This document shows, piece by piece, positions 46,288 through 56,852 of a stretch of DNA of 64,000 bases; positions within the stretch are counted from its first letter, which is position 1, and each line of letters opens with the position of its first letter. The notes under the pieces are model-generated. The model saw only the letters and a list, made by a program, of their open reading frames with translations, did not search any database and had not been told where the DNA came from. The translations under genes were made by a program, and so were the position numbers. The stretch is from Histomonas meleagridis 2922-C6/04-290x. Its lineage: Eukaryota > Protista > Parabasalia. Location of the stretch: assembly GCA_020184695.1 (NCBI GenBank), contig JAANOX010000032.1, positions 186,001 through 250,000 of the forward strand. Reading direction: 5' to 3'.

Positions 46288-46615
46288 ATTAATGCTAAAG
46301 ATATTTATTTGTTTTATTTAATATTTATTTTAATAATTTGATATTTCAAAATAATATTTGGAAATTATTTAAATTATTTAGAACAGCACTTATGAAAGCA
46401 TCTTCAAATGGTCGTACAGAAATAGTTAAATTACTTCTTGAACAAGAGAATATTGATATCGATGCTAAAAATATTTTTTTGTTTTATTTAAAGTATTTTT
46501 AAAAAATATGAAATTTCATATAAACATTTGGAATTACTTATAAACATATAAAACAGCGCTTATGATAGCATCAGAAAAGAAAAATGCAGAAATTATTCGA
46601 TTATTTGCAGACAAA
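46288..46615 (+). pseudogene. Ankyrin-repeat fragments separated by two 80-nt AT-rich spacers
   Basis: INAKD | TALMKASSNGRTEIVKLLLEQENIDIDAKN | TALMIASEKKNAEIIRLF; spacers at 46303-46382 and 46473-46552. Confidence 0.75.
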
Positions 46616-46684
46616 ATTCAACATCATAAATGTGACGACATAATAAAATTAAAAGATTCTCAAGGATAAAAAAGGTAATATTTA

Positions 46685-46921
<237 letters not shown>

Positions 46922-47166
46922 CTATTCTTAAAGCATATTTCATTGTATAATTTTCATATAATTTGATGATAATTTTTGTGAAAAAAATGATGAAAAATTC
47001 ATAACAACAAAAAATTATTTTCTATTCATAGTATTATTTACTCTTAATGGATATCTATGTACCGTTTATAGTTTCTATTAGACATTTATTTCTTTGATAA
47101 AATTTTATGAAATTACGCACGTTAAGCGAAAACCGTAGAAACTATAAACGGTTTTCTGCAACCAAA

Positions 47167-48126
47167 ATGAAAAAAGAGCAAAAATGGAGCAGAAGAGGCG
47201 AAAGACTAAATATGCCAAATGTTCCATGTATTTTGCCTCCTGGCACGAAAGGGCCTCTTCTTCATGGGATATTACTTCGTGCAAAGCTTGAAGAAATTCA
47301 ATATCAGTTAGCTAATCTCGAGAAAGAAACACCAAACATTGTTACGCATGAAAAGGAATTACAGAAAGAAAATACAATATCTTATAATTCGAGTGGATAT
47401 CGTAATGATAATAATCGAAATCAAATAAGAGCTCGTGATTTTTTATTTAAAGAAAGAAAAAATTTAATTGGATCTATTGATAGTATATTTCCTGCGTTCC
47501 GTATCCCTGCCTCACTTCGAATTGCCTACACAAAATGTACTCGTAAATTTTATCTTAGTTCTCCAAACATGATTGGCTTTATTATTGGACCGCGTGGCGA
47601 ATCACTACGTGCTCTTGAGAACGAATTTCAAGTCCGTATTTCTATTCGTGGGCAAGGCTCAACATTAAATGCGAAACATGAATCATCATATCCCAAAAAC
47701 AATGATGAAGAGCCATTACATGCATTAATTGAGGGTGACACTGAGGGTAAGATAGATGAATGTGTAAAGAAGCTTGAAGTCCTCTGTAAACCGGTTCCTG
47801 ATAGCGAAAACGAAATCAAAAAGCAGCAGCTAAGGCATTTGGCAATGCTTAACGGTGTCGTATCGGCGGAGTCTGCTTTTTCAGAGGAATTCGGTAAAAA
47901 ATCAGACAAACCGCCGTGGTACGACGATACACTCAATTTTGTGAAGTCGTCAGAACTTGATGACGTTGTAAAGGAAGTAAGCATGATCGCACAAGATGAT
48001 AAAAATATAAATACAGAAATTAATGAAAAAAGTAATGAAGATTATAGGTTCCAAAGATTTTTAATCGATTTAACCGAAAGAGATATATCTGCATTGGTAC
48101 CTGAACCTAAAATTCCTGGACTTTAA
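47167..48126 (+). CDS. SF1: Splicing factor 1 / branch-point binding protein (KH-QUA2)
   Basis: KKEQKW (ULM-like), LLRAKLEEIQYQL helix-hairpin, IGFIIGPRGESL KH loop, KKQQLRHLAMLNG QUA2. Start may instead be 47107 or 47212. Confidence 0.88.
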   Translation: MKKEQKWSRRGERLNMPNVPCILPPGTKGPLLHGILLRAKLEEIQYQLANLEKETPNIVTHEKELQKENTISYNSSGYRNDNNRNQIRARDFLFKERKNLIGSIDSIFPAFRIPASLRIAYTKCTRKFYLSSPNMIGFIIGPRGESLRALENEFQVRISIRGQGSTLNAKHESSYPKNNDEEPLHALIEGDTEGKIDECVKKLEVLCKPVPDSENEIKKQQLRHLAMLNGVVSAESAFSEEFGKKSDKPPWYDDTLNFVKSSELDDVVKEVSMIAQDDKNINTEINEKSNEDYRFQRFLIDLTERDISALVPEPKIPGL

Positions 48127-48368
48127 AAACGTGTGTAATAAAATAGAGTTGGTTAAGCTTTTGAAATTCGGAAAATTGCATCATCTTTTGCAACACAACC
48201 TACAATTCATTTCACTAAAGTTTGAGCATATTTTGTTAATAAACTATTCAATTTTCAAAGGAACGATATATTTTTGTTAGGTCAGACAATAAAAAACCGT
48301 TCGGTTTTAACTTTTTAAATGCATGGAGGATTTCGAATTGAGCGCTGGATATCTTTGTTCACTTTAAA

Positions 48369-49080
48369 ATGAGCAAACCTTATGTTATATGCCATATGCT
48401 GACTACGTTGGATGGTAAAATCGCAGGCCCTTTCATGAAGGATCCTGCTGCTAAACCATGCGCTGTTTTGTTCGAAGAAACACGTACACGTGATTACAAA
48501 CTCAATGCATGGTGTTACGGACGTATAACTACAGATGAATCATATACCAAAGGTGAAAAACCAGAACTTGATGAAAATGCTCCTCAAGTTCCTGAGGGAG
48601 ATTTTGTTGCCAAAGATAATTGCGATGTATTTTGTATCTATCGATATTCCCGGTGGTCTTGGATGGAAAAGTAACACAATTAAGCATGGAAAACGTCCAG
48701 AAGCACATATTATCGAAGTATTAGGCGAAGATGCTCCAAATTCATATCGTGCTTTCTTACGAAAACTTGGAATTTCTTACATCATTGCCGGGAAAGAGCA
48801 CATGGATTGTCCTTTAGCTATGACTAAGCTTAAGAACTTGTTCCACATTGATACATTAATGGTATCAGGTGGTGGATACATTAACTATACATATCTTCAC
48901 GCTGGAATGATTGATGAATTAAGTATAATTCTTTCGCCTATAGCAGATGGCGAAAATAATACTGTAACTCTCTTCGAAAAATCAGATTTTATGGAATCTA
49001 AGACATTTACATTTACTTTGAAGAGCGTCGAGAAACTCGAAAACAATTGTGTGTGGCTCAGGTACATGGTTAATAAATAA
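48369..49080 (+). pseudogene. Bacterial-type RibD-C / DHFR-fold reductase with a +1 frameshift near 48625
   Basis: PYVICHMLTTLDGKI ... YFVSID..GGLGW ... LMVSGGGYINYTYLHAGMIDELSIILSP, split across ORFs 48369-48674 and 48535-49080. Confidence 0.8.
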
Positions 49081-49534
49081 AAAAATTTTAATTATTATCT
49101 TTTTTACTTCTAACAATTGTGGAACCACTACAAATCATTTGCACTTCATGCTTCTGTATGTTATCTGCATTTACACCAAAATCCATTTTTTGTATCTTCA
49201 ATTTTTCTTTATATAACAAGAAAAAATACTATCAGAATGAAGGTTTTAAGAATGAATTACAGTATTATCCTGCTAAAATTTATACAAAAGTTATACTCTT
49301 ACAGTGTTTAAACAATCAAGTTAAAGAAATTTTTGAAATATCTTCATGTGTTTCTCCATTCCTTTGGTAGAAGTTTCGAAGAAAATTCAAACAATTTTAT
49401 TTACACCTTTTTTCATGTAATGTTAGGAAATAATGGAAATATTTAACTAATTATTTCGACCGAAATAACAAAAATGAAAAGTAAAATTTTACAAATTTTT
49501 CATATATCAAAAAGAATATTTTTCGTATTTATTA

Positions 49535-51100
49535 TTATTGTTCTATATTCGCCAAAGCAAACATTTCCTTTTCGTCGTTAATAATTCCGAGTATACAGTT
49601 ACTTACCATACTTGGAATATGCGCATCGATATATCTCAAACATGGGACCAGTTGCCAATTGTTATCATTATTTCTAATTAAGAAAGCAAATATCAAACCT
49701 GTTTTTTGTTGTTGTTTCGACAATGGCAAATAAGTCAATTCGAAGTTATTCTTTGCATCAGTGATCCTTAGAAATCCTCCTTTGATACTTTCGAACGTAA
49801 CTTTTTTATATGATGTTACAGTTATCGCAATAATTTTAACTTCTTTTGGTAACTTATTTAATTGTATAGTTATAACTTCATCATCACCAATAGCATCGCC
49901 TTTTTTATTATCGCCGGAATGTTTGATCAATCCATTTAACGCTGTCAAATGTTCATAATTAACTTTCGCTAATTCTAAATATATATCTTTTTCTTGCTTG
50001 TAAATTATACACGCTCCATCTAAATCTGTTTTTGTATCCCATCCAAGACATATGGAAATTGTTTCGGGAACATCGACATGATGAAAAGCGGCTGCAGACA
50101 AAAGAGTCATTTTAGTGCCTTGGTAAATTGTAAGGCGACGACAGAAATTCTTGTCGGGAGAAATGGTACGTGCGACAATGGCTGACAAGTCATCAAATGA
50201 ATTAGATGGTTGATTGAAAGAATTTACATCTTAAAAATTGACTTTGCCAGAATCAAAATGTAAAGTGATGGGACATGATGATATGGTACGTGGACTAACA
50301 TGGATGGTTGAAGTGTTGATAACTTTATATGAATCTGGAGATTTAATCTGGACATATTTATTCTTCTTGAATTCTTCGGCACCAGCAATGTTGAGTGTAA
50401 TATCTCCATCATAGTCCGACGAGTGGATGTAAAAGACTATGAAACTTTCGGTTTTGGGAATGTTTTTGATTAAAAATTTTATAACGGTAGTAAACCCTGT
50501 TGGACCATAGTGGTCTGGTCCATCTGAGACTTGACACCATGACCTTTGTGTAGTGTCGCTACTTGTAAGTGGATATGAGTTTACTTGATCTGTTATTATG
50601 TATTGGAATGCGGTTAGATTAACAGGACTAACACCTTTAGGAGTAGTGGCTGGCACTGGGTATGTAAGGTATACATAAAGAGTTGTGAAAGTTTTGAAGT
50701 TTGGATCAGATGGAAAGTTTTCAGTGGGCAAACGATATTTGAAAACAATATTTGGTGGGCCTTTGGTGGCCTTTTGAACAGCAATAGGGAATGTGAGTTC
50801 TTGGTCGTTGTTATCAAGAGTTAATGGAACATCAGCTGACCCAAGAAAATCATCTTTTGACATTCGGTCATAATCATAAATTTTCAAAGAAAGATCATCA
50901 ACGCAAACAAATGGTATCTTCATTGTGTTGGAATAGTTCGAATCCCAAACTGGATCCAAAGTTTTAAACATTGTCTTTGTTTTAGCGAGATAATATTCTT
51001 TACCTAATGCCTTTGATTGTACTCTAGTGTAAGGATCTGAGAGTCCATTAGGATCAGCACTCGGCAGATTTTCTGCAGAAGAAACCCAGAAATCAATCAT
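49535..51100 (-). CDS. C2 domain-TerD domain fusion interrupted by one in-frame TAA (50231-50233)
   Basis: C2: AENLPSADPNGLSDPY...KTLDPVW...YDYDRMSKDDFLG. TerD: DLDGACI...IKHSGDNKKG...DDEVITIQLNKLP. Both halves are in the same frame. Confidence 0.8.
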
Positions 51101-51885
51101 TGATTGGAAATTGACAACCGCCAGTTTTTTGTGAACAAATTTTTGGATTTGAATCGATTATTTTCTTTTTCAAAACAGTGTTTTGAAATTTGACGCAATA
51201 TTTTTCAGTCGTTAACTGTTCACTTGAGTTTTAAATTGTTTTTTCGACATTGAACAAAGTTTTTATCATTTTTAGATTCTTACATAAGCAGATTGATCAA
51301 CGCGAATATTTTTGTATATGAAAAACAAAAAATATGCATTTTTTGAAATAAATTTCAATAATCACCCATTATATTCCATTTGACTTTTAAATATGATTTT
51401 ATTTACATTTTTTCAAAATCTACAAATACCTACCATATTAATTTAATAGTGTGAAAAAAAAAGTCATCTTTACTGTGCTATTGTCATCGAAACTAAAAAT
51501 TAAATTAATTTCATTTTGTGTTGTTAAATAACAGTAAAAATCAAAAAATACTGGAGTTTAGCTCTTTATTATTATATAATTTTGCAAAATCATATAACAT
51601 ATTTCCAAATCATTTGTGATCTAATTCCATTTATATAATTACCAAATTTTTCAATTATATTTGATTTGTTTTAATTATTTCTTCTTCTTTATTTTGAATT
51701 TTTTTAAATATTCAAAATATATATTGAATTTCGTCGAGAGTAAAATGCTGAATATACTAAATTATAGATAACAACATTAAAAGAAATTTGGAAATTTGGA
51801 TCAAATAAACCCATTGTTTGTTGAACTGATAAATCTAGATTTTCTTTTTTAAGGCTAAATATGATTCGTTCGAGTGAATACAATA

Positions 51886-52041
51886 TTACTGAATCATTAC
51901 TATGTCCATCCACATTTGGCCAACTTTTTTCATAAATTCTTTATGTAAAATATCTGGGTTCTCTTCTATGATCTTTGGACGAACTTCAGCTTGGAAGATA
52001 AGGTAACCTGACCATGCACTCTTTGGCTTGTCCATCCACAT
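51886..52041 (-). pseudogene. Truncated HMG-box fragment (51 aa)
   Basis: MWMDKPKSAWSGYLIFQAEVRPKIIEENPDILHKEFMKKVGQMWMD matches HMG helices 1-2; helix 3 is missing. Too short for the ORF track. Confidence 0.6.
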
Positions 52042-52183
52042 TTTCCTAATGTGAACTCATAATAATACTGTTATTTTTACCCAGATTTTACCCCTTTGGC
52101 GAGGTTTTAACAGTTTTGATCGGCTTACCTTTGAAACAGAAATGTCGTAAACGTCTTCTCAAAAGTGACGGGAGTTTGGTCCG

Positions 52184-52188
52184 CCTTT
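52184..52188 (+). promoter_or_regulatory. M5 core promoter motif CCTTT
   Basis: Ends 6 nt before the ribosomal-protein ATG; M5 is described upstream of Trichomonas ribosomal-protein genes. Confidence 0.45.
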
Positions 52189-52194
52189 TTTGAA

Positions 52195-52509
52195 ATGGTA
52201 CACTACCCAAAAACAAAGAAATTCTTCTGCAAATTCTGCAAGAAACACACCACAGTAAAGGTCACACAAGCAAGCCGTGGTGAAGAACGCAAAGTTGCCC
52301 TCGGTCGTCGTAGATATGATCGTAAGCAAGAAGGTTTTGTAGGTCGTGTTAAGCCATTCCTTCGTCGTAGCAAGAAAACATCAAAGAAGATTAGCCTTCG
52401 TTTCACATGCCAACAATGCAAGAAATCATCAATGTATTGTCTTGGTCGTCTCAGAAAATTCGAGTGGATGGTAGACAAGAAGAAGAAACACGCAGAGCCA
52501 ACATGGTAA
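52195..52509 (+). CDS. RPL36A: 60S ribosomal protein eL42 (L36a/L44e), divergent
   Basis: MVHYPKTKKFFCKFCKKH...RRYDRKQ.G...KP...KKTSKKI.LRF.C..C; highly expressed-type codons (CGT, AAG, TTC). Confidence 0.92.
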   Translation: MVHYPKTKKFFCKFCKKHTTVKVTQASRGEERKVALGRRRYDRKQEGFVGRVKPFLRRSKKTSKKISLRFTCQQCKKSSMYCLGRLRKFEWMVDKKKKHAEPTW

Positions 52510-52708
52510 GCTTTGAATTTGCATAGTAAACATCGTTTTTTGGATCAATAAATTATCTCATACTTATTTTTGTCGTTATATTTCGAGTAGATGATAATAA
52601 CTGAAGTAAATTTATAATTAGAAATCCAAATTTCAAAATGCAAAAATTACGAAATAGAAAACAAAATGCGGACACATTAAATGTATAAAAATATATTTTA
52701 CATACATT

Positions 52709-54217
52709 TCATTTTATAAACAAAATCAAATGAACCAAAACCAAATAAACCACAACAACAGTCATCACAACGCTGTTATTCGTTACGACTTTTACACATT
52801 TCAAAAATCTTTTTTCGATTTTTGTTTTTCTATTTTTTCTATAACTTTTTCCCTTTTTGTTATTCTCCGTTGACACGCAATTTAAAATTTCTTCTTTTTC
52901 TTTTTTCAATTGTAATATTCTTTCTTCGAGTGTAACTCCTTCGTTTCTTAGTTCTTGTAGCGTTGTTTCCTTCGTCGTTATCATTTCGTTCATTTCCAAT
53001 TTTTGTTGCTTCATAATATCAATGATTGTTTCTTCGTCATTTTTTACGATTATTAAATCTTTTTGCTCATTAATATGTTCAAGTGTTTGCTTTAATTGCA
53101 TATTAATTTGTTCATCTTTCGCTATTTCATTTGCCATTTGTTCATTTCGTTGTTTTATCATTTGAATGTTATTCTTTATATTTGTTATCTCCGAAATTGA
53201 CGTTTCTTTGTTTGCTGTTGATTTGATTCGGAGTTCTGTTTGTGCTTCATTCCATTCATTAATTGTTGGTAACTTGGAAATGTTTTCGATAATTTCATTT
53301 TTTCGAGTTTCAATTGTTTTGATTTCAGTTTCGAGATTTTGCTTTGTTTTGTCTTCGTTAAGTTCTTGCTGAAGTAATAGGCAATGAGATTCCTTTTGGC
53401 GAATGGCGTTATTGATGGAGGAGAGTTTGGACTCGATTTCATGAACTTGTGCTGAAGTATCTTGGGAATGAAGATTATCTAATTGTTGAGTAATGGTCTT
53501 AAGCTTAGCCTCGATTTCAGTATTGCGGGCGTCGTATTCGTCAGAATTGGCTTTTTCGGCTTCGTTAAGCTTGGATATTTGTGATTCTGAATCATTTATC
53601 TCTTTTTGAAGTTTGGAAATTATGGCTTCCATGGCTTGCTTTTGGTCGTTGACTTGTTGGATGGTATTTTTGATCTGAGTTATTTCTTGCGTTTTCTTAA
53701 TTTCAGCTTTTGTATTGGAATCATTTGTAATTCGCTGGATTTCGGATGAACGTTTGTCCTTGATTGCACGGATTTGGGTTTCAAGAGTTTGAACTGTTTC
53801 GTCAGATATACTAATTGAATCTAAATCATTTCGTAATGATTGAATTTGTTTTAGTTTTGTGGAAACTTGTTCAAAATATTGCAATGCAATAGAATATCCA
53901 GGGTCTTGTTGCATGATTTCTTTAAATTTTAATAAATGTTGCGAATTCTTATTAATAAAACGAATTAATGAATCTATTTCTTTTTGAAATAAACGAATGA
54001 TTTTCATGAAATCATCTTTTGATATTGTTTCATTGCGATCATTTTGTATTTTGGTAAGCTTATTGATAAATAATTTTTGAGATGTTGAAAATCGATGATT
54101 TTGTACAATAGAACTTTCTGCATCCGCTCGTACATCATTTACAAAATTGGCAAAATTGATTTCTTTCCACTTTTTTAATGCATCATCTAGGAATTCCAGA
54201 ACTTCAAGTTTATTCAT
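52709..54217 (-). CDS. CASP/Coy1-like golgin (coiled coil with C-terminal TM)
   Basis: ALKKW...LFQKEIDSL N-terminus, long coiled coil, TM VVYLVLVHLILF with the CASP-type Y...H pattern. Confidence 0.6.
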   Translation of the reverse strand: MNKLEVLEFLDDALKKWKEINFANFVNDVRADAESSIVQNHRFSTSQKLFINKLTKIQNDRNETISKDDFMKIIRLFQKEIDSLIRFINKNSQHLLKFKEIMQQDPGYSIALQYFEQVSTKLKQIQSLRNDLDSISISDETVQTLETQIRAIKDKRSSEIQRITNDSNTKAEIKKTQEITQIKNTIQQVNDQKQAMEAIISKLQKEINDSESQISKLNEAEKANSDEYDARNTEIEAKLKTITQQLDNLHSQDTSAQVHEIESKLSSINNAIRQKESHCLLLQQELNEDKTKQNLETEIKTIETRKNEIIENISKLPTINEWNEAQTELRIKSTANKETSISEITNIKNNIQMIKQRNEQMANEIAKDEQINMQLKQTLEHINEQKDLIIVKNDEETIIDIMKQQKLEMNEMITTKETTLQELRNEGVTLEERILQLKKEKEEILNCVSTENNKKGKSYRKNRKTKIEKRFLKCVKVVTNNSVVMTVVVVYLVLVHLILFIK

Positions 54218-54545
54218 ATCATATTAACGGTCGCAAATCTTGTTTGGGGACATGTTATATGAAAAACGAACGTTAAAAAAGCGTGAAAATTAACCGTCAT
54301 CGGTTCATTGAATTGTTGTTCGGTGGGATTGAAAAACTCAAAGCCTCAAAACAACAGGATTGTTGTAGCCGGTCGGTTATGGTCGATTTGCATTCAATTT
54401 GTATTCAATTACTGATGCCTTTTTATGCGATTTTGCGTAAAAGGGTTTTATAAGGGAATAATCATCATTCAATTTTTGTATTGGATGATTTGTTTTCGCG
54501 TCATTGCGAAAATTGAATCCCTTACAGTAGCAACAATTCACATAA

Positions 54546-54551
54546 TCATTT
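54546..54551 (+). promoter_or_regulatory. Initiator (Inr)-like TCATTT
   Basis: Directly abuts the Myb ATG at 54552. Confidence 0.4.
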
Positions 54552-55052
54552 ATGTCTTCTGTATTGAAGAAGGGTCACAGAAATAAGTTCAACGAAATCG
54601 AAGATAAGCTTTTGGTTCTATTAGTTTCGAAATATGGTGTTGATAATTGGCAAACAATCGCATCAAAAATGGGTAACAGAACTTCTCGTCAATGCCGTGA
54701 TCGATGGAATCACTACCTCTCACCAAACATCAACGTATCAGAATGGACAAAAGAAGAAGATCGAATTTTGTTGGATAATTACCATTTAATAGGTTCACGC
54801 TGGGGATCATTAGCCATGCTCTTCCCTGGAAGGACAAGTGTTGGCGTTCGAAACAGATGCTTCAAGTTACTTCGACTTGAAGAAAATGGAACGATTGACT
54901 CTCCTTCAGACGAAAATGATTCTTCAGTTCAATCTCCTGTAGAAGCAAAAGAACCAGCGTCAGAAGAAAAGGTAAAGCTTCCACCTATATCCTCTTTGCC
55001 ATTACCAGAATATATCGGATTCCTTCCATTACCATTAATTGGTTATGCATAA
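54552..55052 (+). CDS. R2R3 Myb-like DNA-binding protein
   Basis: KFNEIED...W..IA..MGNRTSRQCRDRWNHYLSP...WTKEED...GSRW..LA..FPGRT...VRNR. Confidence 0.95.
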   Translation: MSSVLKKGHRNKFNEIEDKLLVLLVSKYGVDNWQTIASKMGNRTSRQCRDRWNHYLSPNINVSEWTKEEDRILLDNYHLIGSRWGSLAMLFPGRTSVGVRNRCFKLLRLEENGTIDSPSDENDSSVQSPVEAKEPASEEKVKLPPISSLPLPEYIGFLPLPLIGYA

Positions 55053-55448
55053 TCATTATTTTCTATCAATATATAAAACTATTGTTTCTATTTTTTATCG
55101 TTTTTTATATGTCATTTTTGCAAAACCCCAATTTCTCCAAACCTTCCACATGGCATTTTTAACAATGAATTTTCTGATAATGGCATTTTTTTTACAACAA
55201 TTTGTCCAGAAACAAATAATTTTTCTGAGAATTGACATGTCTCATAGAAAATATTGAATACTTGACGATCAAAAATGGTTTAGTCATAGTAATATTACTT
55301 ATCCAAAGAAAAAAGTTTTTGTCGATATATACTCTTTATTTAATAAATAAGGAATGATAAATTGAGACATTTATAAATGAATGAATTGAAGATTAACTTT
55401 ATTATTGTAGGAGTATAACATTTATTATATAAAAACTATGCATTATTT

Positions 55449-56852
55449 CTATTTTTTAACTTTAAATTTTTGTGGTGCGCCCAATAAAATTGGGTGTGAA
55501 TGATTTAATTTATCCAAATAATATTCTGCAATATAAATGAACATTTCTTCAATTTTTTTACTATTTCTTGTATCCAATTCAAAGTATAATGCCTTATTTT
55601 CATATGCCATTACTAATGCTTTTTTAAGTTTAACTTTTCTTTCATTTAATGATACATTACAATTAATTCCGCATAAACAAATAATTCCATTAAAATAAAC
55701 CAATTCATCGATTTGTTTAAAATAAGTCTGTGCATTATCGAATGTCTCTGTATCAGTGATTGAAAAAAATATAATAAATACATCTGTATTATGATAAAAA
55801 TTAAATATATTCCAATCGTTTAAATCAAATAAAGGACAATTCCAAATTGAAGTAATAAATGTTTTATTATTTATATTAATAATTTTTTTATGTATTCCAA
55901 TATTTAATTCATTATTTAGTTTATTATTAGAAAGTCCATCAATGATTTTTTGTTTAGTATTCATACTAATTGCACCTGTTAAAACTATTTTTAATTTAAT
56001 TGGATCATTATAATGAACAGGCATTTTTACAAGAATTTTGTTTTTCATATAATTAACATATTTTGATTGGAGGATTTCATTAATTGTTGGCCTTTTTTTT
56101 GGGTTTTTCGAAATCATTTTTGATATTAATTTTTTCAATTCTTTGCTATATGTATTTGGAATAGGTTTGTATTTACCTTCTGTTATGATTTCTTTGGCAC
56201 ATTTCATATCAAATTGTCTACACGGAAATGCAGGTTTAAGTGTACACAATTCATAAAGTATACACCCAAGTGCCCAGATATCAGACATAAAACTACTACC
56301 TTTCCATTCAATGACTTCTGGAGACATATATGAAATTGTACCGATGAATAATGTTTTGGATAAGGTCATTTCAAGAATGCGCGCTTCTCCAAAGTCACCC
56401 AATTTAACAACATTATTTTTAGTAAGGTAAATATTTTCAGGTTTTAGGTCACGATGAACAATTTTGTTATCATGTATATATTTAATTGCATGGGCAATCT
56501 GAATAAAATAAAACATAACTTCTTCTTCTGAAAATAAATTTCCTGTACGCTCTTGCGCTCTTATTAATTGTGATAAATCACCTTCATTTGCATATTCCAT
56601 GATAATATAAAAATTGGAATTATCTTCATAACATGTTACAAATTTAATGACATTTGGAAAATCCATAGCTTGCTGTATTTGTGCTTCTCTTCTCATTATT
56701 TCCTTGCATTCTGGACTAACTTCTCTATATTCCGTTTCAATTATTTTTAATACGTACTGCTCATGAGTTTTGTTTGAAGTCACAAGTTTAATAGTATTAG
56801 AGCCTGATTTTTTAATGATTCTGTCTTGGTGATAATTTTTCAAGAGCTCCAT
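55449..56852 (-). CDS. NEK-family kinase with C-terminal degenerate Rab/Ras-like domain
   Basis: HRDLKPENIYL, LGDFG, GTISYMSPE, SDIWALGC, KPIPNTYSKEL; the tail shows small-GTPase beta/alpha pattern. Confidence 0.9.
   Translation of the reverse strand: MELLKNYHQDRIIKKSGSNTIKLVTSNKTHEQYVLKIIETEYREVSPECKEIMRREAQIQQAMDFPNVIKFVTCYEDNSNFYIIMEYANEGDLSQLIRAQERTGNLFSEEEVMFYFIQIAHAIKYIHDNKIVHRDLKPENIYLTKNNVVKLGDFGEARILEMTLSKTLFIGTISYMSPEVIEWKGSSFMSDIWALGCILYELCTLKPAFPCRQFDMKCAKEIITEGKYKPIPNTYSKELKKLISKMISKNPKKRPTINEILQSKYVNYMKNKILVKMPVHYNDPIKLKIVLTGAISMNTKQKIIDGLSNNKLNNELNIGIHKKIININNKTFITSIWNCPLFDLNDWNIFNFYHNTDVFIIFFSITDTETFDNAQTYFKQIDELVYFNGIICLCGINCNVSLNERKVKLKKALVMAYENKALYFELDTRNSKKIEEMFIYIAEYYLDKLNHSHPILLGAPQKFKVKK

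Noticed and set aside
49117-49370. Overlapping short ORFs after the RibD-like gene
   Set aside because: No domain motif; probable remnant or chance ORFs in AT-rich DNA.
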